From Macrostomum lignano (taxonomy: Eukaryota): 64,000 nt of DNA. Under the pieces are notes generated by a model that was not told the DNA's origin, ran no database searches, and saw nothing but the letters and a program-made list of their open reading frames with translations. Shown here in pieces: positions 11,418 to 26,645 of the stretch. The position numbers were made by a program, and so were the translations under genes. Position 1 is the stretch's first letter. Each line of letters starts with the position of its first letter. The stretch spans positions 1 through 64,000 of the forward strand of contig NIVC01001401.1 in NCBI GenBank assembly GCA_002269645.1, written 5' to 3'.

Positions 11418-12029
11418 GACTTTGTTGTTTGCTAAATTGCTTAGTATAGAAGGATGAGGCTTGGAATGAGCTGATAAATCCTACCAGCTAAATTTATATA
11501 TAAAATGTGAGGCATGTAATAACTGGAAGCCACAACCCCCGCGCCCCCAGTCGCGATGGGATAATTTCTACCCCTCCGGGTAGCAACGAAATAAAACACT
11601 GAAATATTGCTTTTCCAGACGAGAGTTAACGATGTTGAGGTAGGGCAGAGCTGGGGCTTCTCAACATACCTGCAGCTCAACTCAATGCTATAGACGCGGG
11701 CGGGACTGCAGACAAGAGTTATGAGAGACTTCATGGGGTCCAGCTTTTTATGATAACTGCTCAGTCATTGCAAATCAAATATGAATTATTTAGCAGGGCT
11801 AGAGTCAGCAGACCGGCACTTAGGGCTTTTGGCTTATTGCCTTCAATTTGGAAAAATGAAATAAAATTTATCAAATGGTCCTTAGCTTATGAAAAATCAT
11901 CTGATGCCCGGTATTGGCTTAGGGAGTTTAAAGTCTAGTGAGATACAATTTAACTACTTTAAGTAAGAAAAGAAGTGTTTAGCTCGTAAAGTTCATAATA
12001 TGTGCATGTACTGCTGTCGAAGGGTGAGA

Positions 12030-14093
<2,064 letters not shown>

Positions 14094-14094
14094 A

Positions 14095-16246
14095 GGTGCG
14101 ATTAGGACAGAAGGGTGAGATTAGAACAGAAGGGTGAGATTAGGACAGAAAGGGTGAGATTAGGACAGAAAGGGTGAGATTAAGACAGAAGGGTGAGATT
14201 AGAACAGAAGGGTGAGATTAGGACACAAAGGGTGAGATTAGGACAGACAGGGTGAGATTAGGACAGAAAGGGTGAGATTAGGACAGAAAGGGTGAGATTA
14301 GGACAGAAATGGTGAGATTAGGACAGAAGGGTGAGATTAGGACAGACAGGGTGAGATTAGGACAGAAATGGTGAGATTAGGACATAAAGGGTGAGATTAG
14401 GACAGACAGGGTGAGATTAAGACAGACAGGGTGAGATTAGGACAGAAAGGGTGAGATTAGGACAGACAGGGTGAGATTAGGACAGAAATGGTGAGATTAG
14501 GACAGACAGGGTGAGATTAAGACAGACAGGGTGAGATTAGGACAGAAAGGGTGAGATTAGGACAGAAAGGGTGAGATTAGGACAGAAATGGTGAGATTAG
14601 GACAGACAGGGTGAGATTAGGACAGACAGGGTGAGATTAGGACAGAAATGGTGAGATTAGGACAGACAGGGTGAGATTAAGACAGACAGGGTGAGATTAG
14701 GACAGAAAGGGTGAGATTAGGACAGAAAGGGTGAGATTAGGACACAAAGGGTGAGATTAGGACAGAAATGGTGAGATTAGGACAGACAGGTTGAGATTAG
14801 GACAGACAGGGTGAGATTAGGACAGAAATGGTGAGATTAGGACAGACAGGGTGAGATTAGGACAGAAGGGGGAGATTAAGACAGAAATGGTGAGATTAGG
14901 ACAGAAGGGTGAGATTAGGACATAAAGGGTGAGATTAGGACAGAAATGGTGAGATTAGGACAGACAGGGTGAGATTAGGACAGAAATGGTGAGATTAGGA
15001 CAGACAAGGGTGAGATTAGGACAGAAAGGGTGAGATTAGGACAGAAAGGGTGAGATTAGGACAGAAATGGTGAGATTAGGACAGACAGGGTGAGATTAGG
15101 ACAGACAGGGTGAGATTAGGACAGAAATGGTGAGATTAGGACAGACAGGGTGAGATTAAGACAGACAGGGTGAGATTAGGACAGAAAGGGTGAGATTAGG
15201 ACAGAAAGGGTGAGATTAGGACACAAAGGGTGAGATTAGGACAGAAATGGTGAGATTAGGACAGACAGGTTGAGATTAGGACAGACAGGGTGAGATTAGG
15301 ACAGAAATGGTAAGATTAGGACAGACAGGGTGAGATTAGGACAGAAGGGGGAGATTAAGACAGAAATGGTGAGATTAGGACAGAAGGGTGAGATTAGGAC
15401 ATAAAGGGTGAGATTAGGACAGAAATGGTGAGATTAGGACAGACAGGGTGAGATTAGGACAGAAATGGTGAGATTAGGACAGACAAGGGTGAGATTAGGA
15501 CAGACAGGGTGAGATTAGGACAGAAATGGTGAGATTAGGACAGACAGGGTGAGATTAGGACACAAAGGGTGAGATTAGGACAGACAGGGTGAGATTAGGA
15601 CAGAAATGGTGAGATTAGGACAGACAGGGTGAGATTAGGACAGAAGGGGGAGATTAAGACAGAAATGGTGAGATTAGGACAGAAGGGGGAGATTAAGACA
15701 GAAATAGTGAGATTAGGACAGAAGGGGGAGATTAAGACAGAGGGGGGGATTAGGACAGAAAGGGTGAGATTAGGACAGAAGGGTGAGATTAAGACAGAAG
15801 GGGGAGATTAAGACAGAAGGGGGAGATTAAGACAGAAAGGGTGAGATTAGGACAGAAATGGTGAGATTAGGACAGAAATGGTGAGATTAGGACAGAAATG
15901 GTGAGATTAGGACAGACAAGGTGAGATTAGGACAGAAAGGGTGAGATTAGGACAGACAAGGGTGAGATTAGGACAGAAGGGGGAGATTAAGACAGAAGGG
16001 GGAGATTAAGACAGAAGGGGGAGATTAAGACAGAAAGGGTGAGATTAGGACAGAAATGGTGAGATTAGGACAGAAATGGTGAGATTAGGACAGACAGGGT
16101 GAGATTAGGACAGAAATGGTGAGATTAGGACAGACAAGGTGAGATTAGGACAGAAAGGGTGAGATTAGGACAGATAAGGGTGAGATTAGGACAGAAGGGG
16201 GAGATTAAGACAGGGGGGATTAGGACAGACAGGGTGAGATTAGGAC
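14095..16246. repeat. 19-21-bp minisatellite GGGTGAGATTAGGACAGAAA
   Basis: More than 100 units; a short copy recurs at 19722-19876. Confidence 0.93.
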
Positions 16247-16519
16247 GCGAAATTTCCCTGGGAAGCAGTGCATGATCATTTAGCCAACAATGGACTTGAA
16301 TACTTATTGTTTATGACTTCAAACTTCAAAGTTTTTTTGAGATGCAAACAAGTCAATTTTGATCGGTTACTCTGGACCTTGATGGCAGAATGGTGGATTA
16401 TGCAAAAAAAGTTGTAGTAAAATATCGTCTCAGCAGGGCATGCAGGGTCCCGAACTCGGGGCAGTAAGTTAATAACATGAATTCATTATTAATTAGGCCG
16501 TGCTCTCACGGTGACCCCT

Positions 16520-16985
16520 GTGTTAGCACGGGGGCGGCCGGAAAACTCTGGCCCTCGCTGGGTTCTTTGAAACTTCACAATACGCTCGTGGCAATCCGGC
16601 CCGCTCAAGCTTTGTGTCTCTTCTCACCTCTCTCATCTCCTTTCTTCTCCTTTCCTCTCCTTTGCCTCTCCTTTCTTCCTCTCTTCTCTTATCTCTCTCA
16701 TCTCATCTCTCTCCCTCTTTTCTCATCTCTGATCTCCTCTCTCGCTTCTCCATTCTCTTCCTTCTCTCATCTCCGATCTCCTCTCTTACTTCTCCATTCT
16801 CTTCCCTCTTTTCTCATCTCTGATCTCCTCTCTCGCTTCTCTATTCTCTTCCTTCTCTCATCTCTGACCTCCTCTCTCGCTTCTCCCTTCTCTTCCCTCT
16901 TCTCTCATCTCTGATCTCCTCTCACCTGGCCAGCAGCCATAAGCTAGATTCTTGATCTGGCCTGTTTGTTTGCTAACCGCCCTGC
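16520..16985 (+). mobile_element. Degenerate copy of the CAGGGGTCGGCAAAC hAT-type MITE with an expanded CT-rich interior (duplicate at about 20151-20616)
   Basis: Shares GGCCCTCG...TTTGAAACTTCACAAT...GGCAATCCGGCCCGCTCAAG and CTGGCC...AGATTCT...CTGGCC with the reverse complement of 55234-55508. Confidence 0.6.
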
Positions 16986-17005
16986 AATAAAAACTGAAAG
17001 CCCTC

Positions 17006-17515
17006 CTACTTGTACGCATTAGTAATATTGAGCCGTTTAAACTGATCAAAATTAATTGACTGCCCCAGGCCGGCCAGCTCCTGCAGCACCGGTTTTGTCA
17101 GAATCGGTTCGCAATAAATTGTCAAATCCAGCTGGTTCACCCTGCCGGAGTTCTGGCCGTCAATCAGCTGGAACAGCCGCTGGGACACGCTGCACTCTCG
17201 GCCGTTGCCGTACACCGTAATGACAAAGTCCACGAGCTCCGATTTAGTCACATGATCCGGCAGAGTCTGCGAGAACAGCTCGCAACCGATAAACTTCAGC
17301 ACTCGAAAGTCGCTCTGCAGTTTCTCTTCGTCCAGCTTGTAGATCGGGCGCAGCTTGGCGTTGCGCGTGTTCTCAATGTACTGCCTGCGAGCCTTCTCCT
17401 CGGCTAGCACCAGCTTCTTGGCCAGCTCTGAGCAGTTCACCACCTGCTGGCCATCCACTGGCCGGCTGAGGGCGCTGTGGATCAGACAGGCTTTGGCCTC
17501 CAACAGTGCGTGCAT
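17006..17515 (-). CDS. Small intronless protein (169 aa) with an EF-hand-like segment, copy 1
   Basis: ATG 17515 follows a TTTGTCACAG acceptor-like site; GC-rich codon usage; LFQLIDGQNSGRVNQLDL resembles an EF-hand loop. No family recognised. Confidence 0.5.
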   Translation of the reverse strand: MHALLEAKACLIHSALSRPVDGQQVVNCSELAKKLVLAEEKARRQYIENTRNAKLRPIYKLDEEKLQSDFRVLKFIGCELFSQTLPDHVTKSELVDFVITVYGNGRECSVSQRLFQLIDGQNSGRVNQLDLTIYCEPILTKPVLQELAGLGQSINFDQFKRLNITNAYK

Positions 17516-18399
17516 GTTGTTGCTGCTGGTAGTGACCTTGACTGTGACAAATGACAATCGCAGAGAGTGCTGAGACTGCTCAGTATGGAGCTACTCACAA
17601 ATACGAGGATTGTGTCAATACAAAAAGTTCTGTATATTGAGGCATATCTTGATTTTAAAGGTTTTGCCATAGACAGTTTCATATGTAAAGAGCTCGTAGC
17701 TTCAGATTTGAGTCTTAAAAATAACTTTCTGTCTACGTAGTGAATATTTTCCTCTAGCACAAACTGGGGTGACTGTTAGTCCCGAACGCGACAGGATTGC
17801 ATCAAATGAGCATTCCAACGGGTCCTGAGAAAACTTTACCGTCATGAGGTATCTCAAAGGCTTGAAGTCTTCACCCTCTTAGAAGAGTGAAGAGCTAAAG
17901 CAAATCTGCTCAACTGCCGCAATGCTGCTCAGATAACCAATAGCCCATGTTTTCTGGGCAGTGTTGACCAGAAGCTGGTCATTTTGGAACTTACAACCTT
18001 TCAAAGTAGTTAACGAAGTCTCTTAGTTTCTTCATGATGTCATCAACGTTTTGACTGACTGACTGAGTCAATTGTTGTCAAATGATGCCGATTAAAGCTT
18101 AGTATTATTATTCACAGGCCAATATTGAATGCGTGAAGCTATAACTAATGAGAACTGATTGACAACAATCGAAGTCATAGGCATTGGAACACAGTACCGG
18201 TAAGACTTAAAGCACACCATGGTATCAAGCAACTCAGTTAAACGGTGTTCCAGCCCTGCAGAAAGTTTGCTCGTAAAAATGCGCTAGAAATTATGTTGCG
18301 GAGTCAGTCAGGGGAGAAAGGTCATATGCAAAAAGGATGAGAAGGAAAATGGGAGAGGGGGAGAGAGTGAGAGAAGGGCATAGGGAGAGAAGAGGGGAG

Positions 18400-18770
18400 C
18401 GTAGAGGGAGGGCAGAGAGGAAGGCAGAGGGAGAGCAGAGGGGAGGGCAGAGGGAGGGCAGAGGGGAGGGCAGAGGGGAGGGCAGAGGGAGGGCAGAGGG
18501 GAGGGCAGAGGGGAGGGCAGAGGGGAGGGCAGAGGGAGGGCAGAGGGAGGGCAGAGGGGAGGGCAGAGGGAGGGCAGAGGGGAGGGCAGAGGGAGGGCAG
18601 AGGGGAGGGCAGAGGGGAGGGCAGAGGGGAGGGCAGAGGGGAGGGCAGAGGGGAGGGCAGAGGGGAGGGCAGAGGGAGGGCAGAGTGGAGGGCAGAGTGG
18701 AGGGCAGAGGGGAGGGCAGAGGGAGGGCAGAGAGGAGGGCAGAGAGGGCAGAAGGGAGGGCAGAGGGAGG
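18400..18770. repeat. 11-12-bp GAGGGCAGAGGG repeat just 3' of the CDK5RAP1 stop (second copy about 22040-22394)
   Basis: Tandem units are visible and the number differs between the duplicated copies. Confidence 0.88.
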
Positions 18771-18774
18771 GCCC

Positions 18775-19720
18775 CTAAGCCGGCAGCGGGCGGGAGCTGT
18801 CCAGTTCGGCCAGAGCGCTGGCAAACCCGGCCGGTCCGTCGGGCACCGGCGCCAGCGGCTCGGCCAGCAGCGTCTGCGCGCCGGCGCTGTCGACTCGGGC
18901 GGCAACGAAATCACCGACGCGAATGTCGAACTGGTGAATTCGCTGCGCAGACTGCGGCAGCTTGGGCAGCAGCACCCGGATGCCCTGGTCGTTGCGGCCG
19001 CGCCACCAGTCAGCGGAGCGCCGACTGTCGCCTTCGATGAGAACCAGCTGGCGCTGCCCGACAGACAGCTGGTTGTCGGCGCTGGCGATGTCGCGGAACA
19101 CCCGATCGACCTCGGCGCTGCGGCGCATCTGCAATGATGTACACGGTATCCATAGCAACCGATGGCTGGGTAGATGTCTACCTGAACTCTTCCTGACATC
19201 TACCTGACATCCACATAAAATCTACATGACATCAACCTGACATCTACCTGACATCTACCTGACATTTATCTGACATCTACATGAAATCTACCTGACATCT
19301 CTCATCTACCTGACATCTACCTGACATCCACATGAAATCTACATGACATCTACCTGACATTTACCTGACATCTCTCATCTACATGACATCTACCTGACAT
19401 CTACCTGACATCTACATGAAATCTACATGACATCTACCTGACATCTACCTGACATTTACCTGACATCTACATGAAATCTACCTGCCATCTACCTGACTGA
19501 TATCTACATGGCATCTACATGAAATCTACCTGACATCTACCTCATACCTTAAAGTCTAACCAAATACAACGCACAGCTCCCAAAGTAAATAAGAATCAGG
19601 TAAACAAAACCGTCACCTTAACCTCCTCGGGCACATCATCCTTCATCAGCCGGTGAGCCCTGGTCCGCTCTCTCACGCTATAGGCATAGTGGTACACAAA
19701 GCTGTAACGCACCAGCCGCA
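18775..19720 (-). pseudogene. CDK5RAP1: Duplicated 3' fragment of CDK5RAP1 (partial penultimate exon 19617-19720 and last exon 18775-19128)
   Basis: Essentially identical to 22399-23344 but truncated mid-exon at the duplication junction. Confidence 0.8.
19185..19545. repeat. 11-bp ATCTACCTGAC minisatellite in the last CDK5RAP1 intron (second copy about 22810-23170)
   Basis: Tandem units are visible. Confidence 0.88.
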
Positions 19721-20636
19721 CCAGACAGGGTGGGATTAGGACAGAAATGGTGAAATTAGGACAGACAGGGTGAGATTAGGACAGAAAGGGTGAGATTAGG
19801 ACAGACAAGGGTGAGATTAGGACAGAAGGGGGAGATTAAGACAGGGGGGATTAGGACAGACAGGGTGAGATTAGGACGCGAAATTTCCCTGGGAAGCAGT
19901 GCATGATCATTTAGCCAACAATGGACTTGAATACTTATTGTTTATGACTTCAAACTTCAAAGTTTTTTTGAGATGCAAACAAGTCAATTTTGATCGGTTA
20001 CTCTGGACCTTGATGGCAGAATGGTGGATTATGCAAAAAAAGTTGTAGTAAAATATCGTCTCAGCAGGGCATGCAGGGTCCCGAACTCGGGGCAGTAAGT
20101 TAATAACATGAATTCATTATTAATTAGGCCGTGCTCTCACGGTGACCCCTGTGTTAGCACGGGGGCGGCCGGAAAACTCTGGCCCTCGCTGGGTTCTTTG
20201 AAACTTCACAATACGCTCGTGGCAATCCGGCCCGCTCAAGCTTTGTGTCTCTTCTCACCTCTCTCATCTCCTTTCTTCTCCTTTCCTCTCCTTTGCCTCT
20301 CCTTTCTTCCTCTCTTCTCTTATCTCTCTCATCTCATCTCTCTCCCTCTTTTCTCATCTCTGATCTCCTCTCTCGCTTCTCCATTCTCTTCCTTCTCTCA
20401 TCTCCGATCTCCTCTCTTACTTCTCCATTCTCTTCCCTCTTTTCTCATCTCTGATCTCCTCTCTCGCTTCTCTATTCTCTTCCTTCTCTCATCTCTGACC
20501 TCCTCTCTCGCTTCTCCCTTCTCTTCCCTCTTCTCTCATCTCTGATCTCCTCTCACCTGGCCAGCAGCCATAAGCTAGATTCTTGATCTGGCCTGTTTGT
20601 TTGCTAACCGCCCTGCAATAAAAACTGAAAGCCCTC

Positions 20637-21146
20637 CTACTTGTACGCATTAGTAATATTGAGCCGTTTAAACTGATCAAAATTAATTGACTGCCCCAGG
20701 CCGGCCAGCTCCTGCAGCACCGGTTTTGTCAGAATCGGTTCGCAATAAATTGTCAAATCCAGCTGGTTCACCCTGCCGGAGTTCTGGCCGTCAATCAGCT
20801 GGAACAGCCGCTGGGACACGCTGCACTCTCGGCCGTTGCCGTACACCGTAATGACAAAGTCCACGAGCTCCGATTTAGTCACATGATCCGGCAGAGTCTG
20901 CGAGAACAGCTCGCAACCGATAAACTTCAGCACTCGAAAGTCGCTCTGCAGTTTCTCTTCGTCCAGCTTGTAGATCGGGCGCAGCTTGGCGTTGCGCGTG
21001 TTCTCAATGTACTGCCTGCGAGCCTTCTCCTCGGCTAGCACCAGCTTCTTGGCCAGCTCTGAGCAGTTCACCACCTGCTGGCCATCCACTGGCCGGCTGA
21101 GGGCGCTGTGGATCAGACAGGCTTTGGCCTCCAACAGTGCGTGCAT
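20637..21146 (-). CDS. Small EF-hand-like protein, copy 2
   Basis: Translation is identical to 17006-17515. Confidence 0.5.
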   Translation of the reverse strand: MHALLEAKACLIHSALSRPVDGQQVVNCSELAKKLVLAEEKARRQYIENTRNAKLRPIYKLDEEKLQSDFRVLKFIGCELFSQTLPDHVTKSELVDFVITVYGNGRECSVSQRLFQLIDGQNSGRVNQLDLTIYCEPILTKPVLQELAGLGQSINFDQFKRLNITNAYK

Positions 21147-22398
21147 GTTGTTGCTGCTGGTAGTGACCTTGACTGTGACAAATGACAATCGCAGAGAGTG
21201 CTGAGACTGCTCAGTATGGAGCTACTCACAAATACGAGGATTGTGTCAATACAAAAAGTTCTGTATATTGAGGCATATCTTGATTTTAAAGGTTTTGCCA
21301 TAGACAGTTTCATATGTAAAGAGCTCGTAGCTTCAGATTTGAGTCTTAAAAATAACTTTCTGTCTACGTAGTGAATATTTTCCTCTAGCACAAACTGGGG
21401 TGACTGTTAGTCCCGAACGCGACAGGATTGCATCAAATGAGCATTCCAACGGGTCCTGAGAAAACTTTACCGTCATGAGGTATCTCAAAGGCTTGAAGTC
21501 TGCACCCTCTTAGAAGAGTGAAGAGCTAAAGCAAATCTGCTCAACTGCCGCAATGCTGCTCAGATAACCAATAGCCCATGTTTTCTGGGCAGTGTTGACC
21601 AGAAGCTGGTCATTTTGGAACTTACAACCTTTCAAAGTAGTTAACGAAGTCTCTTAGTTTCTTCATGAGGTCATCAACGTTTTGACTGACTGACTGAGTC
21701 AATTGTTGTCAAATGATGCCGATTAAAGCTTAGTATTATTATTCACAGGCCAATATTGAATGCGTGAAGCTATAACTAATGAGAACTGATTGACAACAAT
21801 CGAAGTCATAGGCATTGGAACACAGTACCGGTAAGACTTAAAGCACACCATGGTATCAAGCAACTCAGTTAAACGGTGTTCCAGCCCTGCAGAAAGTTTG
21901 CTCGTAAAAATGCGCTAGAAATTATGTTGCGGAGTCAGTCAGGGGAGAAAGGTCATATGCAAAAAGGATGAGAAGGAAAATGGGAGAGGGGGAGAGAGTG
22001 AGAGAAGGGCATAGGGAGAGAAGAGGGGAGCGTAGAGGGAGAGCAGAGAGGAAGGCAGAGGGAGAGCAGAGGGGAGGGCAGAGGGGAGGGCAGAGGGGAG
22101 GGCAGAGGGAGGGCAGAGGGGAGGGCAGAGGGAGGGCAGAGGGGAGGGCAGAGGGGAGGGCAGAGGGGAGGGCAGAGGGGAGGGCAGAGGGGAGGGCAGA
22201 GGGGAGGGCAGAGGGGAGGGCAGAGGGGAGGGCAGAGGGGAGGGCAGAGGGGAGGGCAGAGGGGAGGGCAGAGGGGAGGGCAGAGGGGAGGGCAGAGGGG
22301 AGGGCAGAGTGGAGGGCAGAGTGGAGGGCAGAGGGGAGGGCAGAGGGAGGGCAGAGAGGAGGGCAGAGAGGGCAGAAGGGAGGGCAGAGGGAGGGCCC

Positions 22399-25300
22399 CT
22401 AAGCCGGCAGCGGGCGGGAGCTGTCCAGTTCGGCCAGAGCGCTGGCAAACCCGGCCGGTCCGTCGGGCACCGGCGCCAGCGGCTCGGCCAGCAGCGTCTG
22501 CGCGCCGGCGCTGTCGACTCGGGCGGCAACGAAATCACCGACGCGAATGTCGAACTGGTGAATTCGCTGCGCAGACTGCGGCAGCTTGGGCAGCAGCACC
22601 CGGATGCCCTGGTCGTTGCGGCCGCGCCACCAGTCAGCGGAGCGCCGACTGTCGCCTTCGATGAGAACCAGCTGGCGCTGCCCGACAGACAGCTGGTTGT
22701 CGGCGCTGGCGATGTCGCGGAACACCCGATCGACCTCGGCGCTGCGGCGCATCTGCAATGATGTACACGGTATCCATAGCAACCGATGGCTGGGTAGATG
22801 TCTACCTGAACTCTTCCTGACATCTACCTGACATCCACATAAAATCTACATGACATCAACCTGACATCTACCTGACATCTACCTGACATTTATCTGACAT
22901 GTACATGAAATCTACCTGACATCTCTCATCTACCTGACATCTACCTGACATCCACATGAAATCTACATGACATCTACCTGACATTTACCTGACATCTCTC
23001 ATCTACATGACATCTACCTGACATCTACCTGACATCTACATGAAATCTACATGACATCTACCTGACATCTACCTGACATTTACCTGACATCTACATGAAA
23101 TCTACCTGACATCTACCTGACTGATATCTACATGGCATCTACATGAAATCTACCTGACATCTACCTCATACCTTAAAGTCTAACCAAATACAACGCACAG
23201 CTCCCAAAGTAAATAAGAATCAGGTAAACAAAACCGTCACCTTAACCTCCTCGGGCACATCATCCTTCATCAGCCGGTGAGCCCTGGTCCGCTCTCTCAC
23301 GCTATAGGCATAGTGGTACACAAAGCTGTAACGCACCAGCCGCAGCAGCTCCAGCGTATCCTCGTGATCAGCCTCCGTCTCGCCGCAGAATCCGCAGATG
23401 ATATCCCCGGTGATGGCCAGATTTGGCACCGCGGCCCGGGCGTCGTCAACCAGTCGCAGATAGGCCTCCCGACTGTAGCCTCGCCGCATCCGTTGCAGCA
23501 CGGCGGTGGAGCCGCTCTGCGCCGGCAGGTGCAGCTGCCTGGCCAAGTTGGGCCGCTCCCCAATCAGCTGCAGCAGGCTGGCTGGGAAATCTTTCGGATG
23601 CGGCGAAGTGAAGCGAAACCGACAGGCCGGATATCCGGCGCTCAGCCTGTCCAACAGGTCAGGGAATTGCAGCCCGCCGATTCGTTCGGCGTAGACGGCC
23701 GAGAAGCCGGGCGTCCGGCCAGCGGCGGACACGCCTGCGGAGCTGACGTCCCGATAGCTGTTGACGTTCTGGCCAAGCAGGGTGACCTCGCGGACGCCTC
23801 CGTCCACCAGGCGGCCGACTTGATCCGCCACGGCGTCCGCCGGTGTCGACCGCTCTCTGCCGCGCGTCTGCGGCACAACGCAGAATGCGCAATGATTGTC
23901 ACAGCCGCGCATGATGGACACAAATGCGGCCGGGGACTCCGGCTGGGCCCGGATCGAGTTCACGTCTGCGTAGGTTTCCTCTAGGGACAGCTGCGTGTTG
24001 GCTGCGGGGGTTGTGTGACACCCATCAGAGAGCTGTCTGACACCCAACAATGAGCTAGTTATGACACCCATCAATGAGCTGCTTATGACACCCATCAATG
24101 AGCTGTCTGACACCCAACAATGAGCTAGTTATGACACCCATCAATGAGCTGCTTATGACACCCATCAATGAGCTGTCTGACACCCAACAATGAGCAAGTT
24201 ATGACACCCATCAATGAGCTGCTTATGACACCCATCAATGAGCTGTCTATGACACCCAGCAATGAGCTGTCTATGACACCCAGCAATGAGCTGTCTATGA
24301 CACCCATCAATTAGCTGTCTATGACACCTATCAATGAGTTGTCTATGACACCCATCAATTAGCTGTCTATGACACCCATCAATGAGCTGTCTATGACACC
24401 CATCAATTAGATGTCTATGACACCCATCAGTGAGCTGTCTATGACACCCATCAATGAGCTGTCTATGACACCCATCAATGAGCTGTCTATGACACCCATC
24501 AATGAGTTGTCTATGACACCCATCAATAAGCTGTCTATGACACCCGTGACAGCCCGCAGTCTACAGTCAGTCACTCACCGCCCCTTTGCCCGCTGTCAGC
24601 ATCCACCAGCAGTCTGGGCAGGTCTCTGTACGCGTCCGGACCGCAGATGACGCGAACCACGGACGACTCGTCGAATAGCTTCGATTTGAGTCTCTCAGCC
24701 ATGCAGCCTAGCGGGAGAAAATTTAACAGATTGTAGTACTGAAGCGGTAGCTTGTGTGTGTGTGTGCTTGTGTGCGTGTGTGGCATACTCATATTGGTGA
24801 ACAGTCACTACTCTCTTACTCACAGGTGTAACACATATTGGTGAACAGTCACTACTCTCTTACTCACAGGTGTAAACACATATTGGTGAACAGTCACTAC
24901 TCTCTTACTCACAGGTGTAAACACATATTGGTGAACAGTCACTACTCTCTTACTCACAGGTGTAAACACATATTGGTGAACAGTCGCTAAGCCTAGTCAC
25001 GTGTGTTAACACATATTGGTGAACAGTCGCTAAGCCTAGTCACGTGTGTTAACACATATTGGTGAACAGTCGCTAAGCCTAGTCACGTGTGTTAACACAC
25101 ATTGGTGAACAGTCGCTAAGCCTAGTCACGTGTGTTAACACATATTGGTGAACAGTCGCTAAGCCTAGTCACGTGTGTTAACACATATTGGTGAACAGTC
25201 GCTAAGCCTAGTCACGTGTGTTAACACACATTGGTGAACAGTCGCTAAGCCTAGTCACGTGTGTTAACACACATTGGTGAACAGTCGCTAAGCCTAGTCA

Positions 25301-26645
25301 CGTGTGTTAACACACATTGGTGAACAGTCGCTAAGCCTAGTCACGTGTGTTAACACACATTGGTGAACAGTCGCTAATCCTAGTCACAGGTGTGTGAACA
25401 CATATTGGTGAACAGTCACTACTCCTAGTCACAGCTGTGTGAACACATATTGGTGAACAGTCACTACTCCTACTCACAGGTGTGACATTGTAAAGCAGCT
25501 TACCTAATACGCCCACAGTATGCGGCCGATGCTGTTTCAGGTTTGACAGCCAGTGCAACTTTTTTCTAATTTTATTTTCGGCTCCTTCGCGAATAGCGCA
25601 AGTCATTATTAAGTAAATATTTGCCTGCAAAAATAGGAGTGGAAATATCCCTCTTAACTACTGCAAGTAGAAAAGGCTACTATTGCGTGTGTGATGAATA
25701 CCCCAAAGCTGCCTACCTCTTGCCCGGACGACACAATTCTGTAGCCGGCCTTTGTTAAAATCGACATGACAACCTCCGTGTCGGCAAAGTTCATCTGGCA
25801 GCCGCGAGTCTCTATGAATACTGAGGGAATTGAGGCGGGTACTGAGGTGAATGAGACGGGTACTGAGGGGAATGAGGCTGGAACTGAGGGTAATGAAGAG
25901 GGTACTGAAAGGGAATGAGGCGGGTACTAAGGAGAACGAGGCGAGAACTGAGGGGAATGTGGCGGGTACTGAGGGGAATGAGGCGGGTACTGAGGGGAAT
26001 GAGGCGGGTACTGAGGGGAATGAGGCTGGAACTGAGGGTAATGAAGGGGGTACTGAAAGGGAATGAGGCGGGTACTAAGGAGAACGAGGCGAGAACTGAG
26101 GGGAATGTGGCGGGTACTGAGGGGAATGAGGCGGGTACTGAGGGGAATGAGGCTGGAACTGAGGGTAATGAAGGGGGTACTGAAAGGGAATGAGGCGGGT
26201 ACTAAGGAGAACGAGGCGAGAACTGAGGGGAATGTGGCGGGTACTGAAGGGAATGAGGCTGGTACTGGAGGGAATGAGGCGGGTACTGAAGGGAAGGAGG
26301 CTGGTACTGAAGGGAATGAGGCTGGTACTGAAGGGAATGAGGCGGGTACTGAAGGGAATGAGGCGGGTACTGAAGGGAATGAGGCGGGTACTGAAGGGAA
26401 TGAGGTCAGAGGCGGTGAGAGAAACAAAGCAAGCTACGCTAACCTGACTTTCCAAAGTGATTAGATAGATCCGATTGCTGCATCTTCTTTTGCAAAGCAG
26501 CATCTTGCAGAAAGTGTTGCAAACCCGGGCCGCTTTGCAGCAACGGTTCCTTGGAGGTGCGGGTTGCGGAGTACCGGCTGCAGAGGCTGCGACACCTCAG
26601 AAGCCGCAGCGCCAAAGAGGAATTCGCAATAAGAATCGAAGGCCG
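22399..26645 (-). CDS. CDK5RAP1: Mitochondrial tRNA methylthiotransferase CDK5RAP1 (MiaB family: UPF0004, radical SAM and TRAM domains), 6 coding exons
   Basis: Exons 26645-26444, 25820-25717, 25624-25504, 24707-24579, 24001-23241, 22752-22399 with compatible phases. Motifs [43 protein letters not shown], the radical-SAM [18 protein letters not shown] and the TRAM LVLIEG/GRND. No genomic ATG precedes the presequence. Confidence 0.95.
24016..24545. repeat. 24-bp minisatellite ATGACACCCATCAATGAGCTGTCT, same family as NOG1 intron 2
   Basis: About 22 units. Confidence 0.9.
24787..25484. repeat. 43-45-bp minisatellite (ACATATTGGTGAACAGTC core) in CDK5RAP1 intron 3
   Basis: About 16 units of two subtypes. 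Confidence 0.9.
25818..26405. repeat. 21-bp minisatellite GAGGGGAATGAGGCGGGTACT with higher-order repeats, CDK5RAP1 intron 1
   Basis: Tandem units abut the exon boundary at 25820. Confidence 0.9.

Larger units (their letters stand above)
16097..23344. repeat. Near-identical tandem duplication of about 3.63 kb (about 16097-19720 and 19721-23344)
   Basis: ORF pairs are offset by 3624-3631 bp. Only a handful of substitutions and repeat-number differences are visible. The junction joins a mid-exon CDK5RAP1 sequence to the 20-bp minisatellite. Confidence 0.92.

Noticed and set aside
14095-16246. Regular short repeats that might suggest CRISPR arrays (also 41595-42135)
   Set aside because: Units are head-to-tail with no unique spacers, there are no cas genes, and the context is eukaryotic.
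23220-24113. MiaB-like ORF as a bacterial gene or horizontal transfer
   Set aside because: It is one exon of a spliced gene with the eukaryote-type N-terminal GPxxQHFL motif and a presequence, i.e. ordinary CDK5RAP1.
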